Position numbers and translations under genes: made by a program. The notes beneath the pieces are model-generated. The model ran no database searches. It was given only the letters and a program-made list of their open reading frames with translations, and was not told the origin of the DNA. From a virus: 64,000 nucleotides of DNA. Of the stretch, positions 51,287 to 60,273 are shown piece by piece; position 1 is the stretch's first letter; every line of letters begins with the position of its first letter. Location: the IMG/VR virus record IMGVR_UViG_3300045988_108377, positions 1-64,000 of that record; one strand, 5' to 3'.

Positions 51287-52648
51287 TTATGTACCACACC
51301 AAATATCCTTTAACCGTTCAACTTCTTGTTTAAGTCCATTCTTTGCTATCTCATTGATTTTTTCTTTTAACAGCTGAGGCTCAAGCCGGTGAATTTCTTC
51401 ACTCAATTCCTCAAGAGTCATTTGCGGTTTCATTATGTAGTCTTTGAGTTTCGCTTTCTCTGTCCTATCAAGGAGTTTGCCGACAATATCATCTTTCAGA
51501 TAGTATTTATCTCCAGCTTCATTTTGAAGAATATCGTCAATAACGATTCCTCTATCTTTCGGTTGAGGAATATCCGACTTCTTGGTTGGCGGTTCAAAAG
51601 GATCGTCGTCAAAATCAAACAAGTTCGTCTTACCGGTGTCTTTTACTCTGATGTTCGTCCAATAGATACGCTTGCGCTGCTGGGCAGATACCAAAGCAGA
51701 ATTGATGTGAACACCACGAATACCGATAGCATGAGACAGACAACGCTCCCATTTGTCAAGCATTTCTACGTTTTCGAGGAAGAAGAGTATATTTTGGTTA
51801 TACTTGCGTAATTCTGTGAGAACACGCATATACTCCCAAAATAGATACGACTGGCCTTCAAACTCAAAACCTTGTGCTTTTAGTTCCAAGTACCGGTCAA
51901 GAGTGTAAATCTCCTCTCCATGACTTGTTGCTGCGCCTTTCAGCTTACCGCTCATAGAAAAGCCCTGGCATGGTGAACCACCGATAAGAATGTCAGGAAT
52001 ACCATATTGCCGTACCATTTCGTCCACATTTAACTCTGTGACACTACCTATCTGAATAGTATTCGGGAAATTGTGCATTGTGTTTGCGATAGCATGCTTG
52101 TCTATCTCTGACGCAAGGTAGGTAGACACATTGGCACCAATACCATTGAGAGCCATCTGACCGCCGGATATTCCGTCAAACAACGACAATACTTTCATGT
52201 CTTTCTTTATCTCTTCGGGGATAAACTGAAAGATGTGCTTGATAGTCTCTATGTTCCATCCGTTACCAATACCATGGTACTGCTGTGTTTCGGAAGAAAC
52301 AAACTCATAGTCGTGTGGAATTGTCTGCAACTTCGCACATTCTGATGGTGTCAGTCTACGTATGAAAGAAACAAAGGTGTGGCCGTTTATTTTAATCTCA
52401 TAGCCTTGCTTGTCCTCCGGCATACGTTTCCTTATCTCTTCAAGCTGTCTTTTCCGAATGTTTCTGATGGCTTGTGATGCTATTTCTTCTTCATTACGCA
52501 TATTCTCAAATATTTGTAAAATGGCGGCTTTGTCACCACGTTTTCCTATACTTACGATGTGCTCAGTAGATAACGATCGGCACTTTTCTTTTCCACCTTT
52601 TATTATAAGGTGTGCTTGCGTACTAGGATAAATGACCGCTTGCCTCAT
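51287..52648 (-). CDS. DNA (cytosine-5)-methyltransferase, circularly permuted, Dnmt3-like motifs
   Basis: 453 aa. Motif IX RRLTPSECAKLQTIPHDY and motif X GIGNGWNIETIKHIF (residues ~97-135) come before motif I VLSLFDGISGG, motif IV GGSPCQGFS, motif VI FLENV and motif VIII QQRKRIYWTN. A ~110-aa C-terminal tail follows. Confidence 0.8.
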   Translation of the reverse strand: MRQAVIYPSTQAHLIIKGGKEKCRSLSTEHIVSIGKRGDKAAILQIFENMRNEEEIASQAIRNIRKRQLEEIRKRMPEDKQGYEIKINGHTFVSFIRRLTPSECAKLQTIPHDYEFVSSETQQYHGIGNGWNIETIKHIFQFIPEEIKKDMKVLSLFDGISGGQMALNGIGANVSTYLASEIDKHAIANTMHNFPNTIQIGSVTELNVDEMVRQYGIPDILIGGSPCQGFSMSGKLKGAATSHGEEIYTLDRYLELKAQGFEFEGQSYLFWEYMRVLTELRKYNQNILFFLENVEMLDKWERCLSHAIGIRGVHINSALVSAQQRKRIYWTNIRVKDTGKTNLFDFDDDPFEPPTKKSDIPQPKDRGIVIDDILQNEAGDKYYLKDDIVGKLLDRTEKAKLKDYIMKPQMTLEELSEEIHRLEPQLLKEKINEIAKNGLKQEVERLKDIWCGT

Positions 52649-53037
52649 AAATTCTTGAACTCTAAAATGAACTCGTTGTAACCCTTATCTTCTGGCAGAG
52701 GAAGGATAACACCATACTCTGCAGTAGCATCTGCTTGGACTTGACGCATAAAGTGTGTCATAGCCCTTGTGCTGATGTCGCTAATTCCATGCTTGTATGG
52801 TGGTATGAACCTATCTACGTAATAGTCATGCCAATCAATCCTTGACTGCCCAGACCAGTATTCGAGTTGAGTCATCCACATCCAAAAGAGCTTTCTTTGC
52901 GATGACGTGGTTATGTAGCCGACCTCCGTCACGTAGATATTGTACGTTCCTATAGGAAGGCCGGCGACAACCTCCTTGAGGGACTTGTCTGTCTTCATCC
53001 CCCAAGAAGATTTTCTGAGTTCAATTTTCTCCACCAT
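52645..53037 (-). CDS. NinB/Orf-like recombination mediator (tentative)
   Basis: 130 aa. TSSQRKLFWMWMTQL and DISTRAMTHFMRQVQADATAEYGV loosely parallel lambda NinB's DQNRKLWACLGDV and STSRMRVGEFAELLELIQAFGTERGV. Confidence 0.35.
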   Translation of the reverse strand: MVEKIELRKSSWGMKTDKSLKEVVAGLPIGTYNIYVTEVGYITTSSQRKLFWMWMTQLEYWSGQSRIDWHDYYVDRFIPPYKHGISDISTRAMTHFMRQVQADATAEYGVILPLPEDKGYNEFILEFKNL

Positions 53038-53049
53038 GATTAAGGTATG

Positions 53050-53478
53050 CTAAAAGGGGAGATCATCATCTTGTGCTGCAGCTGTTGCTGCTTCAGGCTG
53101 AATAGTAGCAGCCTGATTGCTGGAAGGTATCTCCACAGGCTTCAAGTCGCCAAGATATGTCTTGTTCATAGCCTCTACTTCTTCCGGACTATGACAGTTG
53201 ACATACTCCTTGCTGACCGCACGTTTCAGATAATGGCTGTTGCCGTATTGGTCTACGTTCATTTTTTCGTAAACTTCAACACCTAACCCGAAGATACGGG
53301 ATTCGTATTGCTGCCCGTCTGTACGTGTCTTTGTTGATACCTTAACGAAAATATCATTATCCTCAATAGGTATAACGATACATTTCTTTTTTACGCCACT
53401 CTTTCCGGTGACTCCCATGATACCTACGTTCTTCAACTTAGCGAGGTTCACGGAACCGATTAATTTTACGTTACTCAT
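53050..53478 (-). CDS. ssb: single-stranded DNA-binding protein (phage type) with acidic DDDLPF tail
   Basis: The track start at 53493 is TTG. I prefer the ATG at 53476-53478. The C-terminus ...AAAQDDDLPF matches the canonical SSB tip (DDDIPF). It sits in the recombination module. Confidence 0.6.
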   Translation of the reverse strand: MSNVKLIGSVNLAKLKNVGIMGVTGKSGVKKKCIVIPIEDNDIFVKVSTKTRTDGQQYESRIFGLGVEVYEKMNVDQYGNSHYLKRAVSKEYVNCHSPEEVEAMNKTYLGDLKPVEIPSSNQAATIQPEAATAAAQDDDLPF

Positions 53479-54379
53479 TTCTGTTTTCTCCAAAAATTCT
53501 TGTTGTACTTCTGTCTATATTCTCTATGTTGTTATTGATGAAGTCTATGAAACTTTCACAGTTCTGTCTAAGAATTTCCACACTCTGCTTCATGTCAAAC
53601 GTGTAGACCTCTCTGTTCTGTACTCCGCTTATCAGAAGATTACGAGAGTTTCCACCTGTCAGCCTGTAAGCCGTAAATTCTACGTCTTGCACCTCAGCCA
53701 TCATACCTGACGTAATCATGCAGTAAGGATATGCAAAACGCTGGTTGTAATGGGCATAATCTCCAAAGGTATAGTTCTTGCAAGTCTTCAAGTCTAAAAT
53801 AGACTTCATTCGGAAATAGTCCAGGAACCCATGCAGTTCTACGATGATGCCGTTCGATAATTCCAAGTTTGCTGACGTATAGAATTGGCAGATGCAGTCG
53901 TGAAAATACTCTGCTACAGACTTGCAAAAATCAATGTCAAAGAAAAATTCGAAATCTTCAAGGCTTGCATATATGAAAGCTTTCCCGATTTTCGATAGCA
54001 ACTCTTGTGATTGTTTGGCTATTTTCTTTTGTTCCTCTTCTGTTTCCGGCTTGGCTTTCGCAAATGCAATTTCCAAGAAGTCTTCCATGCAGCGAATGGT
54101 CTTAATGAAAACACCATTACTTGGTTCAGCCTTCTTCTTGATTATGCAGTCGATGATTTCATTGAAACAAGTACCCTTTGCTTGTGATTCCGTCGTAGGA
54201 GTCTTGACGTTATTGATACGGTCTATCAACTCTTGATACTTCATTTCGTGAAACTCCTCAGTTGTGTACTGAGGGGTTTCACTCTTGCCGTAGTACTTTT
54301 CCCAAATAGCATCGCTGTTGCAAAGGTTGCAAAATTGGTCGAGCAATGTAGGGGAGAAGAAATAACTAGGCTGCCTCAT
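53471..54379 (-). CDS. putative PD-(D/E)XK-type recombination nuclease
   Basis: 302 aa between the ATPase and the SSB. Candidate catalytic pattern GFLDYF...ILDLKTCK. Weak call. Confidence 0.4.
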   Translation of the reverse strand: MRQPSYFFSPTLLDQFCNLCNSDAIWEKYYGKSETPQYTTEEFHEMKYQELIDRINNVKTPTTESQAKGTCFNEIIDCIIKKKAEPSNGVFIKTIRCMEDFLEIAFAKAKPETEEEQKKIAKQSQELLSKIGKAFIYASLEDFEFFFDIDFCKSVAEYFHDCICQFYTSANLELSNGIIVELHGFLDYFRMKSILDLKTCKNYTFGDYAHYNQRFAYPYCMITSGMMAEVQDVEFTAYRLTGGNSRNLLISGVQNREVYTFDMKQSVEILRQNCESFIDFINNNIENIDRSTTRIFGENRNE

Positions 54380-55307
54380 ACTTCTTTGTATTTTTGTTGA
54401 ACTTCAAGCCAAGCTCCTTGCATCTGTCTGTGATGAGCGACTTCGCATGAGCGTTGGAATCCCATATCTGCTTCTTGTCTTTCATTGACAATACGTAAGA
54501 GTTTGCCTGCTCAGCATCGCTGATACAAGCCACCTCGCCCTCAATCTCTGAAATCAGCTCATCGTATTCCTTACGAGTGTTTGACTCTTGCTTCAAGTAG
54601 CTGTCGTAATTCTCAAAGATATTCGACATAAAATCATTATGGCCGATAATCTTGCCTTGGGCATCGATAATTACTGGAATCTCTTGCATAGGTGGCAAAT
54701 TGCAAGTATTCTTTGCGTAGAACTTTTCTTGTGGTGTCCATGAGATAGTTCTCTTGTTGCCAATAGCTTGCATGTAGCCTACCAAATCCAGCTCTTTGAT
54801 GAGGTCGCCTGCAGATGAACCACCAATCTCGGGACGAACAATGCGAATGTCTCCATCCTTTTCTTCACGCTCATGGGCAACGAAGATTACGTGTTTGCCC
54901 ATCATCGAAACTCGCTTTAAAAAGTTGATGAACATAATCTTTCTTGCTCCGAATCCCTGCAAGGTTAAAGAACCGTCACGCTTGCCAAGACGATTGTCTT
55001 GCTGAATGATGTATGTGCTCATGTAGTCAAGCATCTTTCCTGCTGTATCAATAACGATAGTCATGAAATCGTTTGATTGTGTTTCCAACTCTTGTAAGGC
55101 CTGTAACACCTCGTTCCAATTCTGTACTTGAAGCGTTGGACATTGAAATGCTCCATTTACTCGTTGGATGCCTCCGTCAAAGTCAAAAAGTACCGGATTC
55201 GGGGTGCTAAGTGCAAGGGTGCTCTTGCCCAAGCCAGGTTGACCATACACCAATGCCTTAATTGTGGAGTTATAAGCCAACTCCGAAGGCTTCTTAAACA
55301 TGCTCAT
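54366..55307 (-). CDS. RecA-fold ATPase (AAA_24 / Sak4-like)
   Basis: 313 aa. Walker A VYGQPGLGKST and Walker B TIVIDTAG. Behind a leader-only cassette copy (GCAAATAATAAATTTCAAAACGACAATTAAATTACAAGATT). Confidence 0.6.
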   Translation of the reverse strand: MSMFKKPSELAYNSTIKALVYGQPGLGKSTLALSTPNPVLFDFDGGIQRVNGAFQCPTLQVQNWNEVLQALQELETQSNDFMTIVIDTAGKMLDYMSTYIIQQDNRLGKRDGSLTLQGFGARKIMFINFLKRVSMMGKHVIFVAHEREEKDGDIRIVRPEIGGSSAGDLIKELDLVGYMQAIGNKRTISWTPQEKFYAKNTCNLPPMQEIPVIIDAQGKIIGHNDFMSNIFENYDSYLKQESNTRKEYDELISEIEGEVACISDAEQANSYVLSMKDKKQIWDSNAHAKSLITDRCKELGLKFNKNTKKYEAA

Positions 55308-55430
55308 AATCTTGTAATTTAATTGTCGTTTTGAAATTTATTATTTGCAATCTTTTTTGGCGAATAAAATCGCCCTTAAATCTCGTAAGAGATAGCTTTC
55401 CGATGGCTCAAACTTGACGTTTTTGTCGTT

Positions 55431-55685
55431 TTAAGCTAATTTAACCCTTCGTGGGTTTGGCTTCACGTTCTCAAAAATATCACTTGCATTGAACTGCCAT
55501 TTAGTGTTTGGTGCTCCTGCTGGTTTTTTATATCTGACTTTCTCTTCCAACATCAGCCGTTCAAGCCTCTTCTTGCCTCCAACGACCTTCTGGGCGATTT
55601 TCCATGAAAGGTTGATTCCATTCATCTGTGTCAGTATTTGAAGATATTTTTGAGCCATGATTGCTGTTTTCAAATCTTCCATCAT
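55431..55685 (-). CDS. small DNA-binding protein, excisionase/HTH_17-like (tentative)
   Basis: 84 aa. ...VRYKKPAGAPNTKWQFNASDIFENV resembles the C-terminal wing of MerR/excisionase-type HTH proteins. Confidence 0.35.
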   Translation of the reverse strand: MMEDLKTAIMAQKYLQILTQMNGINLSWKIAQKVVGGKKRLERLMLEEKVRYKKPAGAPNTKWQFNASDIFENVKPNPRRVKLA

Positions 55686-55689
55686 CTAA

Positions 55690-55923
55690 TCATTTTAAGA
55701 TAGCTTTCAAGCCAAGCTCTCTGATGTTTTCTAAATCGAACACGGAACCTACGAATTTGGCGACCATATAAAGAACCAACTCTTGTTGGGAGGATATTCC
55801 TAACTTCTTGTATATGTGTTTCTTATGTGTCCGTATAGTCCAAATCGGTTTGCTCAATCTTTCTGCCACCTCCTTGTCTATAAACCCATGGCAGTAAAGT
55901 TCAGCTACTTTATGTTCTACCAT
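55690..55923 (-). CDS. LuxR/GerE-type HTH transcriptional regulator (DNA-binding domain only)
   Basis: 77 aa. DKEVAERLSKPIWTIRTHKKHIYKKLGISSQQELV fits the GerE HTH pattern. No receiver or autoinducer domain. Confidence 0.6.
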   Translation of the reverse strand: MVEHKVAELYCHGFIDKEVAERLSKPIWTIRTHKKHIYKKLGISSQQELVLYMVAKFVGSVFDLENIRELGLKAILK

Positions 55924-55939
55924 GCTTAACTCGATAGCT

Positions 55940-56143
55940 TTAGCTGACCCGAAGAATAGTGATGCTACAATCCTTCTTATTAACTATCTTTTTGACATCC
56001 CATTTTTCACGCATCAATTCTCTTTTCAGACGGCTGATAACCGTTGTAATGGAGCTGTAGCGTTCCATCGGGAATGTCAGTCGGTCTCCGATTCTCAATT
56101 CTCGGAGTTCCGCTGTGATTGGTTTTTTGATAAGCTCTTCCAT
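55940..56143 (-). CDS. first early gene of the switch region (Cro-like role possible)
   Basis: 67 aa, transcribed divergently from the repressor from the cassette-type promoter at 56297-56304, through a ~150-nt leader. Confidence 0.45.
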   Translation of the reverse strand: MEELIKKPITAELRELRIGDRLTFPMERYSSITTVISRLKRELMREKWDVKKIVNKKDCSITILRVS

Positions 56144-56426
56144 TTCTCTATTTTTTGTTAAACTTTGCCCCCTAAAGGGGGCCGACTTGTAATAATCTAG
56201 CCTAAATCATCTTTTTGTTACTTTTAGGTACGTTAAAAATTTGCATAAGAACGAATAATTTTGTAATTTTGTTGTTGTTGTTATTATTTGACATTGCAAA
56301 GATAAGAAAAAGTTATCATTTGTGCAAGTTTTTAAGGAGAAAATTTTATATTTTTGATAAAAAAGTTGTAAAACGGAACGCTGATAAGTGGTTCTTGTTG
56401 GTATTCACATTATTATATATAGAATT
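56144..56426. promoter_or_regulatory. divergent genetic-switch region (variant cassette P and the repressor promoter)
   Basis: Minus-strand -7 TATCTTTG at 56297-56304 with leader CAAATAATAACAACAACAAC... and the GC hairpin GCCCCC-TAAA-GGGGGC (56167-56182). Plus-strand -7 TATTTTTG at 56349-56356, followed by a leader ending AGAATT + ATG at 56427. Confidence 0.6.
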
Positions 56427-56888
56427 ATGAACGAAGGAACTAATAAGTATAACGTGCGTGAGATAATCGCTAACGTGCTGCAAGCGGTTGGAATGAACGG
56501 ACCTGGATTTGCCAAAGCCATAGGTCTTCCATATACCGTGGTTTATAATTTGCAAAGTGGTAGGACGAAGAAGTTCAGACCAGCTATAGCTAACCCAATG
56601 GTCAAGGCTTTCCCACGACTTAATTTGGAATACCTATATACTGGTGACGGTGAAGTACTAAAAGATGAGGTTCCTTCTGAAACAGAACGTGTCTCTAAAT
56701 TTGCCGGTTCATTGGATAATGTTGTGGAACTTCAAAAGAAGATTTTCGATAAACTAGATGAACTTAGCAAAAAGGAAAAAGAACTGAACGAAATGGAAAG
56801 AAGACTCAACTTAAAAGAACTTGAACTAATAAAACGAGAAAGTGAGTGTCAATTACGGGAAAGTAAGCTTGGTATTCAAAAAGTATAG
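56427..56888 (+). CDS. CI-like repressor (N-terminal HTH, C-terminal coiled coil)
   Basis: I prefer the ATG at 56427. MNEGTNKYNVREIIANVLQAVGMNGPGFAKAIGLPYTVVYNLQSGRTKK...LNLEYLYTGDGEV. The LEYLxTGxG signature is typical of phage repressors. On the plus strand next to the integrase. Confidence 0.65.
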   Translation: MNEGTNKYNVREIIANVLQAVGMNGPGFAKAIGLPYTVVYNLQSGRTKKFRPAIANPMVKAFPRLNLEYLYTGDGEVLKDEVPSETERVSKFAGSLDNVVELQKKIFDKLDELSKKEKELNEMERRLNLKELELIKRESECQLRESKLGIQKV

Positions 56889-56934
56889 TCTGATATATCA
56901 CATTGAGTTTTTTATTGCCTTTTACGAACCGATT

Positions 56935-57160
56935 TGTTGTCGGAGTAAATCTTAAAGATGAGTAACTAACAGAAAACAAGAGTATTATATATAGATGAAG
57001 AAGAATACGATAGTTCACTTTGGTTTTATTTCAAAAAGCTTTGTGGTTAGTTAAAACTTTGATATATAACTTGTTATATAAATATGGGTCATTCAAAAGT
57101 AGATACGAAACTGTTGTCGGAATACTTGCGAATGGCTCGTAACAAACCGAAAAGTTGTCG
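56935..57160. promoter_or_regulatory. direct repeats and a palindrome upstream of int (candidate arm sites/attP or int regulatory region)
   Basis: TGTTGTCGGAGTA (56935-56947), TGTTGTCGGAATA (57112-57124) and GTTGTCG (57154-57160). Perfect palindrome TATATAAC-TT-GTTATATA (57063-57080). Confidence 0.3.
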
Positions 57161-57163
57161 CAA

Positions 57164-58393
57164 ATGAATCTGAGAGTTGTCATACTTCCTGCTAAGGTCT
57201 TGACGGACGGAAGTCATAAAGTTAGAATTGCAATTTCACACAGAGGTAACACAAGATACTTTGTTACCAGATTTACCGTGCCATCGGAGAAAAACTTGGT
57301 TAATGGCAATGTCGTTGGAATACCGAATGCCGCATACATCAACAACCAAATCAGACTGAAACTAAATAAAATCTATAATGCCTTCGACTCCCTGGAGGAA
57401 TCTGATTATTATACGTGTTCTCAGTTGGTAACTATGATTGAGGAAAAGATTTCCGGCACCAAACCAATGACGCTTCATCAGCTTGGAGTGGAATATATCA
57501 AAGTGAGGCGTTCTGTGGTAGCTGATGGTACAGTCTATATATACGAGCGAGGAATGGCAGAAATTGACTCGTTCTTTGGCACAGACTTTATCCTTCCTAA
57601 ACTTAAGGTTACTGATGTAAGTGCTTTCAAGGAATACTTGTCGAAAAAGCTTAATCCAACGACAACCAACTTAAGATTGCGTGTTCTAAACATGATTGTT
57701 ACCTATGCTGTTAGGCACAATTATGTCAAGTATGATGTATCTCCGTTTACCGATGTGCCATTGCCTCACGGAAACGTTAGAAACTGCGCAATATCAATCG
57801 AACAATTACGTGTTGTAAGAGATATGGAGTTCTCAAATTCTCGTCTTGATGTTTGCCTTTCTTTTGTTAGAGACATCTTTATGCTTTCGTTCTATCTGTG
57901 TGGTATGAACTTAGCGGATATTCTCTCTATGGATTTACGTAAAGACTCTGTTTCGTTTGTCAGACAGAAGACTAAGAACAGAAAAACTGACGGGGTTAAG
58001 ACTGAATTTACGATTCAGCCCGAGGCGAGAAAAATCCTTGATAGATTACTTGACAAAGACGGAAATATTGTATTCAAAGGAAAGAAAATGAGATACGACC
58101 CTATATCATGTTTGTTCTCCCGTAACTTTTCTGAGATTGCAGTAAGATGCGGAATTGAAACTCAATTCATATTCTATTCGGCCCGCAAGACTTTTGCACA
58201 AATCGCAAATGAGCTTATGGTAAAAGACTCCATCATAGAATATTGTATAGGTGACACTGTTACTTCTAGTAAAAAGATAATTGGCTACTATATTTCTGTT
58301 AACCAACGTATGGCAGACAAGGCAATACGAAAAATTTTTGATGCCGTTGCCTCTGACAAAAGTATAGAAGAACTTGTTGAGGATGCCATATAA
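57164..58393 (+). CDS. int: tyrosine recombinase/integrase (Bacteroides phage type)
   Basis: I prefer the ATG at 57164, since the track start at 57155 is TTG. It has an N-terminal arm-binding-like domain (MNLRVVILPAKVLTDGSHKVRIAISHRGNTRYF) and a SAM-like core (LHQLGVEYIK...). The C-terminal catalytic region includes ARKTFAQ and a terminal GYY. Confidence 0.8.
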   Translation: MNLRVVILPAKVLTDGSHKVRIAISHRGNTRYFVTRFTVPSEKNLVNGNVVGIPNAAYINNQIRLKLNKIYNAFDSLEESDYYTCSQLVTMIEEKISGTKPMTLHQLGVEYIKVRRSVVADGTVYIYERGMAEIDSFFGTDFILPKLKVTDVSAFKEYLSKKLNPTTTNLRLRVLNMIVTYAVRHNYVKYDVSPFTDVPLPHGNVRNCAISIEQLRVVRDMEFSNSRLDVCLSFVRDIFMLSFYLCGMNLADILSMDLRKDSVSFVRQKTKNRKTDGVKTEFTIQPEARKILDRLLDKDGNIVFKGKKMRYDPISCLFSRNFSEIAVRCGIETQFIFYSARKTFAQIANELMVKDSIIEYCIGDTVTSSKKIIGYYISVNQRMADKAIRKIFDAVASDKSIEELVEDAI

Positions 58394-58412
58394 CGGCATC
58401 CTCTTTGTATTT
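58381..58412 (+). terminator. intrinsic terminator of int
   Basis: Perfect 7-bp stem GGATGCC (58381-58387) / GGCATCC (58395-58401) spans the stop codon and is followed by TCTTTGTATTT. Confidence 0.55.
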
Positions 58413-58419
58413 ACCATGA

Positions 58420-58644
58420 TTATTTCTCAATTTCAAATAGATATTGGGTATCGCCACCATCAAGAGTGAGGATAACCGAAGGCTTGCCGAGCATTGGCTG
58501 CTTATGAAAACCATACAAGTACCAATGATTCCGTTTCAACTTACCTTCTATCACATTCAGATTCTTTATAGGAGCCTCAATATAATCTTTGTCTTGTCGA
58601 ATATCCAATCGGTGAATCTACATTAATACGTCAAATGCTTTCAT
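58420..58644 (-). pseudogene. small ORF interrupted by an in-frame TAG (possible pseudogene)
   Basis: ATG at 58642-58644, 15 nt after the radC stop, then 7 codons, then TAG at 58618-58620. The same frame continues for 66 codons, which includes track ORF 58420..58608 with its TTG start. Confidence 0.3.
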
Positions 58645-58659
58645 TATTTATTTTTTGTA

Positions 58660-59343
58660 TTAAAGTTTTCCTTTGTCATGATATGAATAATAGGTATTTA
58701 CCTTACTACTGATGATAACGTGATCCGAAAAGAAAAGGTTCATTACTTGACAAGCCTTTTGTATCTTCATAGTCAGTATATCGTCATTCTTGCTGGGCGT
58801 AGTGTTACAGCTTGGATGGTTGTGAACGAGTGCTATAATGGTAGCGTTACACATTATAGCCTCCTTGCATATCAGTCTTATATCTACAGTAGTTTCTGTA
58901 TTGCCTCCAACAGAAATGCGTACTCTTTTGATTAGTTTGAAATTTTGGTCCATACATAAAACCCATGATTCTTCGTGGTCCAAGTCAAGGGTAAACGGAC
59001 GCATATAGTTGTATATAAATAAAGAACTTCCTAAGTCTGTAATATCTTCCGCTTCCTCTTTCATCAGCCTTCTTCCTATTTCAAAGGCAGCGAGCAGAGC
59101 TGCAGCCTTCTTTTCGCCAATACCTTTTACCTTTACAAGTTCATCAAATGTTTTCTTTTTCGCCAATTTGCGTAAGCTATGACTACCATCGAATAAATCA
59201 CGGACAGGTTGGTTTGCCTCATTCATAATATCAATGCCGAGAACGGCTGCTATCAAATTCTCGTTGCTTACGTATTCCGTTCCATATCGCTCTATCATGG
59301 TTGCGGTAGTATCATACCAACACTTCTTGCTATTGTCTCTCAT
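58660..59343 (-). CDS. radC: RadC-like JAB/MPN domain protein
   Basis: 227 aa with an HhH-like KVKGIGEKKAAALLAAFEIGRR and the JAB motif HNHPSCNTTPSKNDDILT. Confidence 0.85.
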   Translation of the reverse strand: MRDNSKKCWYDTTATMIERYGTEYVSNENLIAAVLGIDIMNEANQPVRDLFDGSHSLRKLAKKKTFDELVKVKGIGEKKAAALLAAFEIGRRLMKEEAEDITDLGSSLFIYNYMRPFTLDLDHEESWVLCMDQNFKLIKRVRISVGGNTETTVDIRLICKEAIMCNATIIALVHNHPSCNTTPSKNDDILTMKIQKACQVMNLFFSDHVIISSKVNTYYSYHDKGKL

Positions 59344-59348
59344 GGTTT

Positions 59349-59786
59349 CTATTTAGATGTTTCAATATTGCAACCTTCTTGATAATATCTCAAGATTCTT
59401 TCCATACACTTGTTAATAAACTCTGCTTGTACTCTCATCCATTCTGTAATGGTGAATGTGTGACCAATAACCTTTGTTATTTCCTGGTCTAACGTTGGAT
59501 TCCAACAATCTTCGTGTTTGTAGCATTCCTCAGCAAGAAACTTTGCCTTAGTGGCTATATCATTAACACTTTCGGTTAAATCTTCTGTTATCCCATAAAC
59601 TTCCCAAAGATTTCTCATTTCACTAAAAGAAGTTCGAAGTTTCAAGAAAGGAGTTTCTAAGTCGTTATTTCTTAGCCAACAACTCATCTTGTCATAGCCT
59701 GTACATAATCTTTTGTAAGACGTTATATTGCACTCGATTATAAAATCATTGATTCTATCAAAAAACATTTGCTTTGTAGCTTCCAT
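59349..59786 (-). CDS. hypothetical protein
   Basis: 145 aa. No motif recognised. Confidence 0.55.
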   Translation of the reverse strand: MEATKQMFFDRINDFIIECNITSYKRLCTGYDKMSCWLRNNDLETPFLKLRTSFSEMRNLWEVYGITEDLTESVNDIATKAKFLAEECYKHEDCWNPTLDQEITKVIGHTFTITEWMRVQAEFINKCMERILRYYQEGCNIETSK

Positions 59787-59853
59787 AACTAAGAAATGTG
59801 TTTAATAATTTTTTGTTTTTCCTTTTTGTTTAGAAAGGGAGATTTCTCCCTAT

Positions 59854-60273
59854 CTATTTGTTGTACTTATTCATTCCCTCAATCAAATAGCTTAGTTCAT
59901 CATCCGATAACTCTAGCTTTGCATCAAACTTAGTGTTGATGATAAACTTCTTATCGAATTGGTTCTCCAATGTCTTATAGATATCGTCTACGCACATTTC
60001 ATTCTCAACAATAAGCTTCTTTCCGAACTCTTCCATTTCAATCTTATGGGTAGCGTTCAACTTCTCCATCTCTGCTTTATGAGCAGCTTCCATTTCAGAA
60101 ACCTGCTTTTTCAAAGCCTGTATTTGGGAATTGAATTGGCAAGCCATCTCTATAGGAAAATCATTCTTGATATTCTCACACATCTGGTCGATGTCGTGAT
60201 TGTTGAAGAACTCACTGAAGTACGTGTCACCTTTCAATGACTGCAAAGTCTTAATTTCTGTTTGCTTATCCAT
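59854..60273 (-). CDS. hypothetical coiled-coil protein
   Basis: 139 aa, the first gene behind cassette O. Confidence 0.55.
   Translation of the reverse strand: MDKQTEIKTLQSLKGDTYFSEFFNNHDIDQMCENIKNDFPIEMACQFNSQIQALKKQVSEMEAAHKAEMEKLNATHKIEMEEFGKKLIVENEMCVDDIYKTLENQFDKKFIINTKFDAKLELSDDELSYLIEGMNKYNK

Noticed and set aside
55690-55923. A LuxR-type regulator plus luxS forming a phage quorum-sensing circuit
   Set aside because: The 77-aa protein is only a GerE-type HTH with no autoinducer-binding or receiver domain. AI-2 is not sensed by LuxR-type proteins, and the genes are 17 kb apart in different units.
56346-57018. Minus-strand ORFs 56346..56555 and 56806..57018
   Set aside because: They are opposite the repressor gene and the int upstream region. 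They have leader-derived or AT-rich starts and no coding-like composition.
56890-58660. tRNA gene or tRNA-derived att core next to the integrase
   Set aside because: I found no cloverleaf-like sequence or T-loop motif (GGTTCGAATCC-like) by eye on either side of int. The att core cannot be assigned from this sequence alone.
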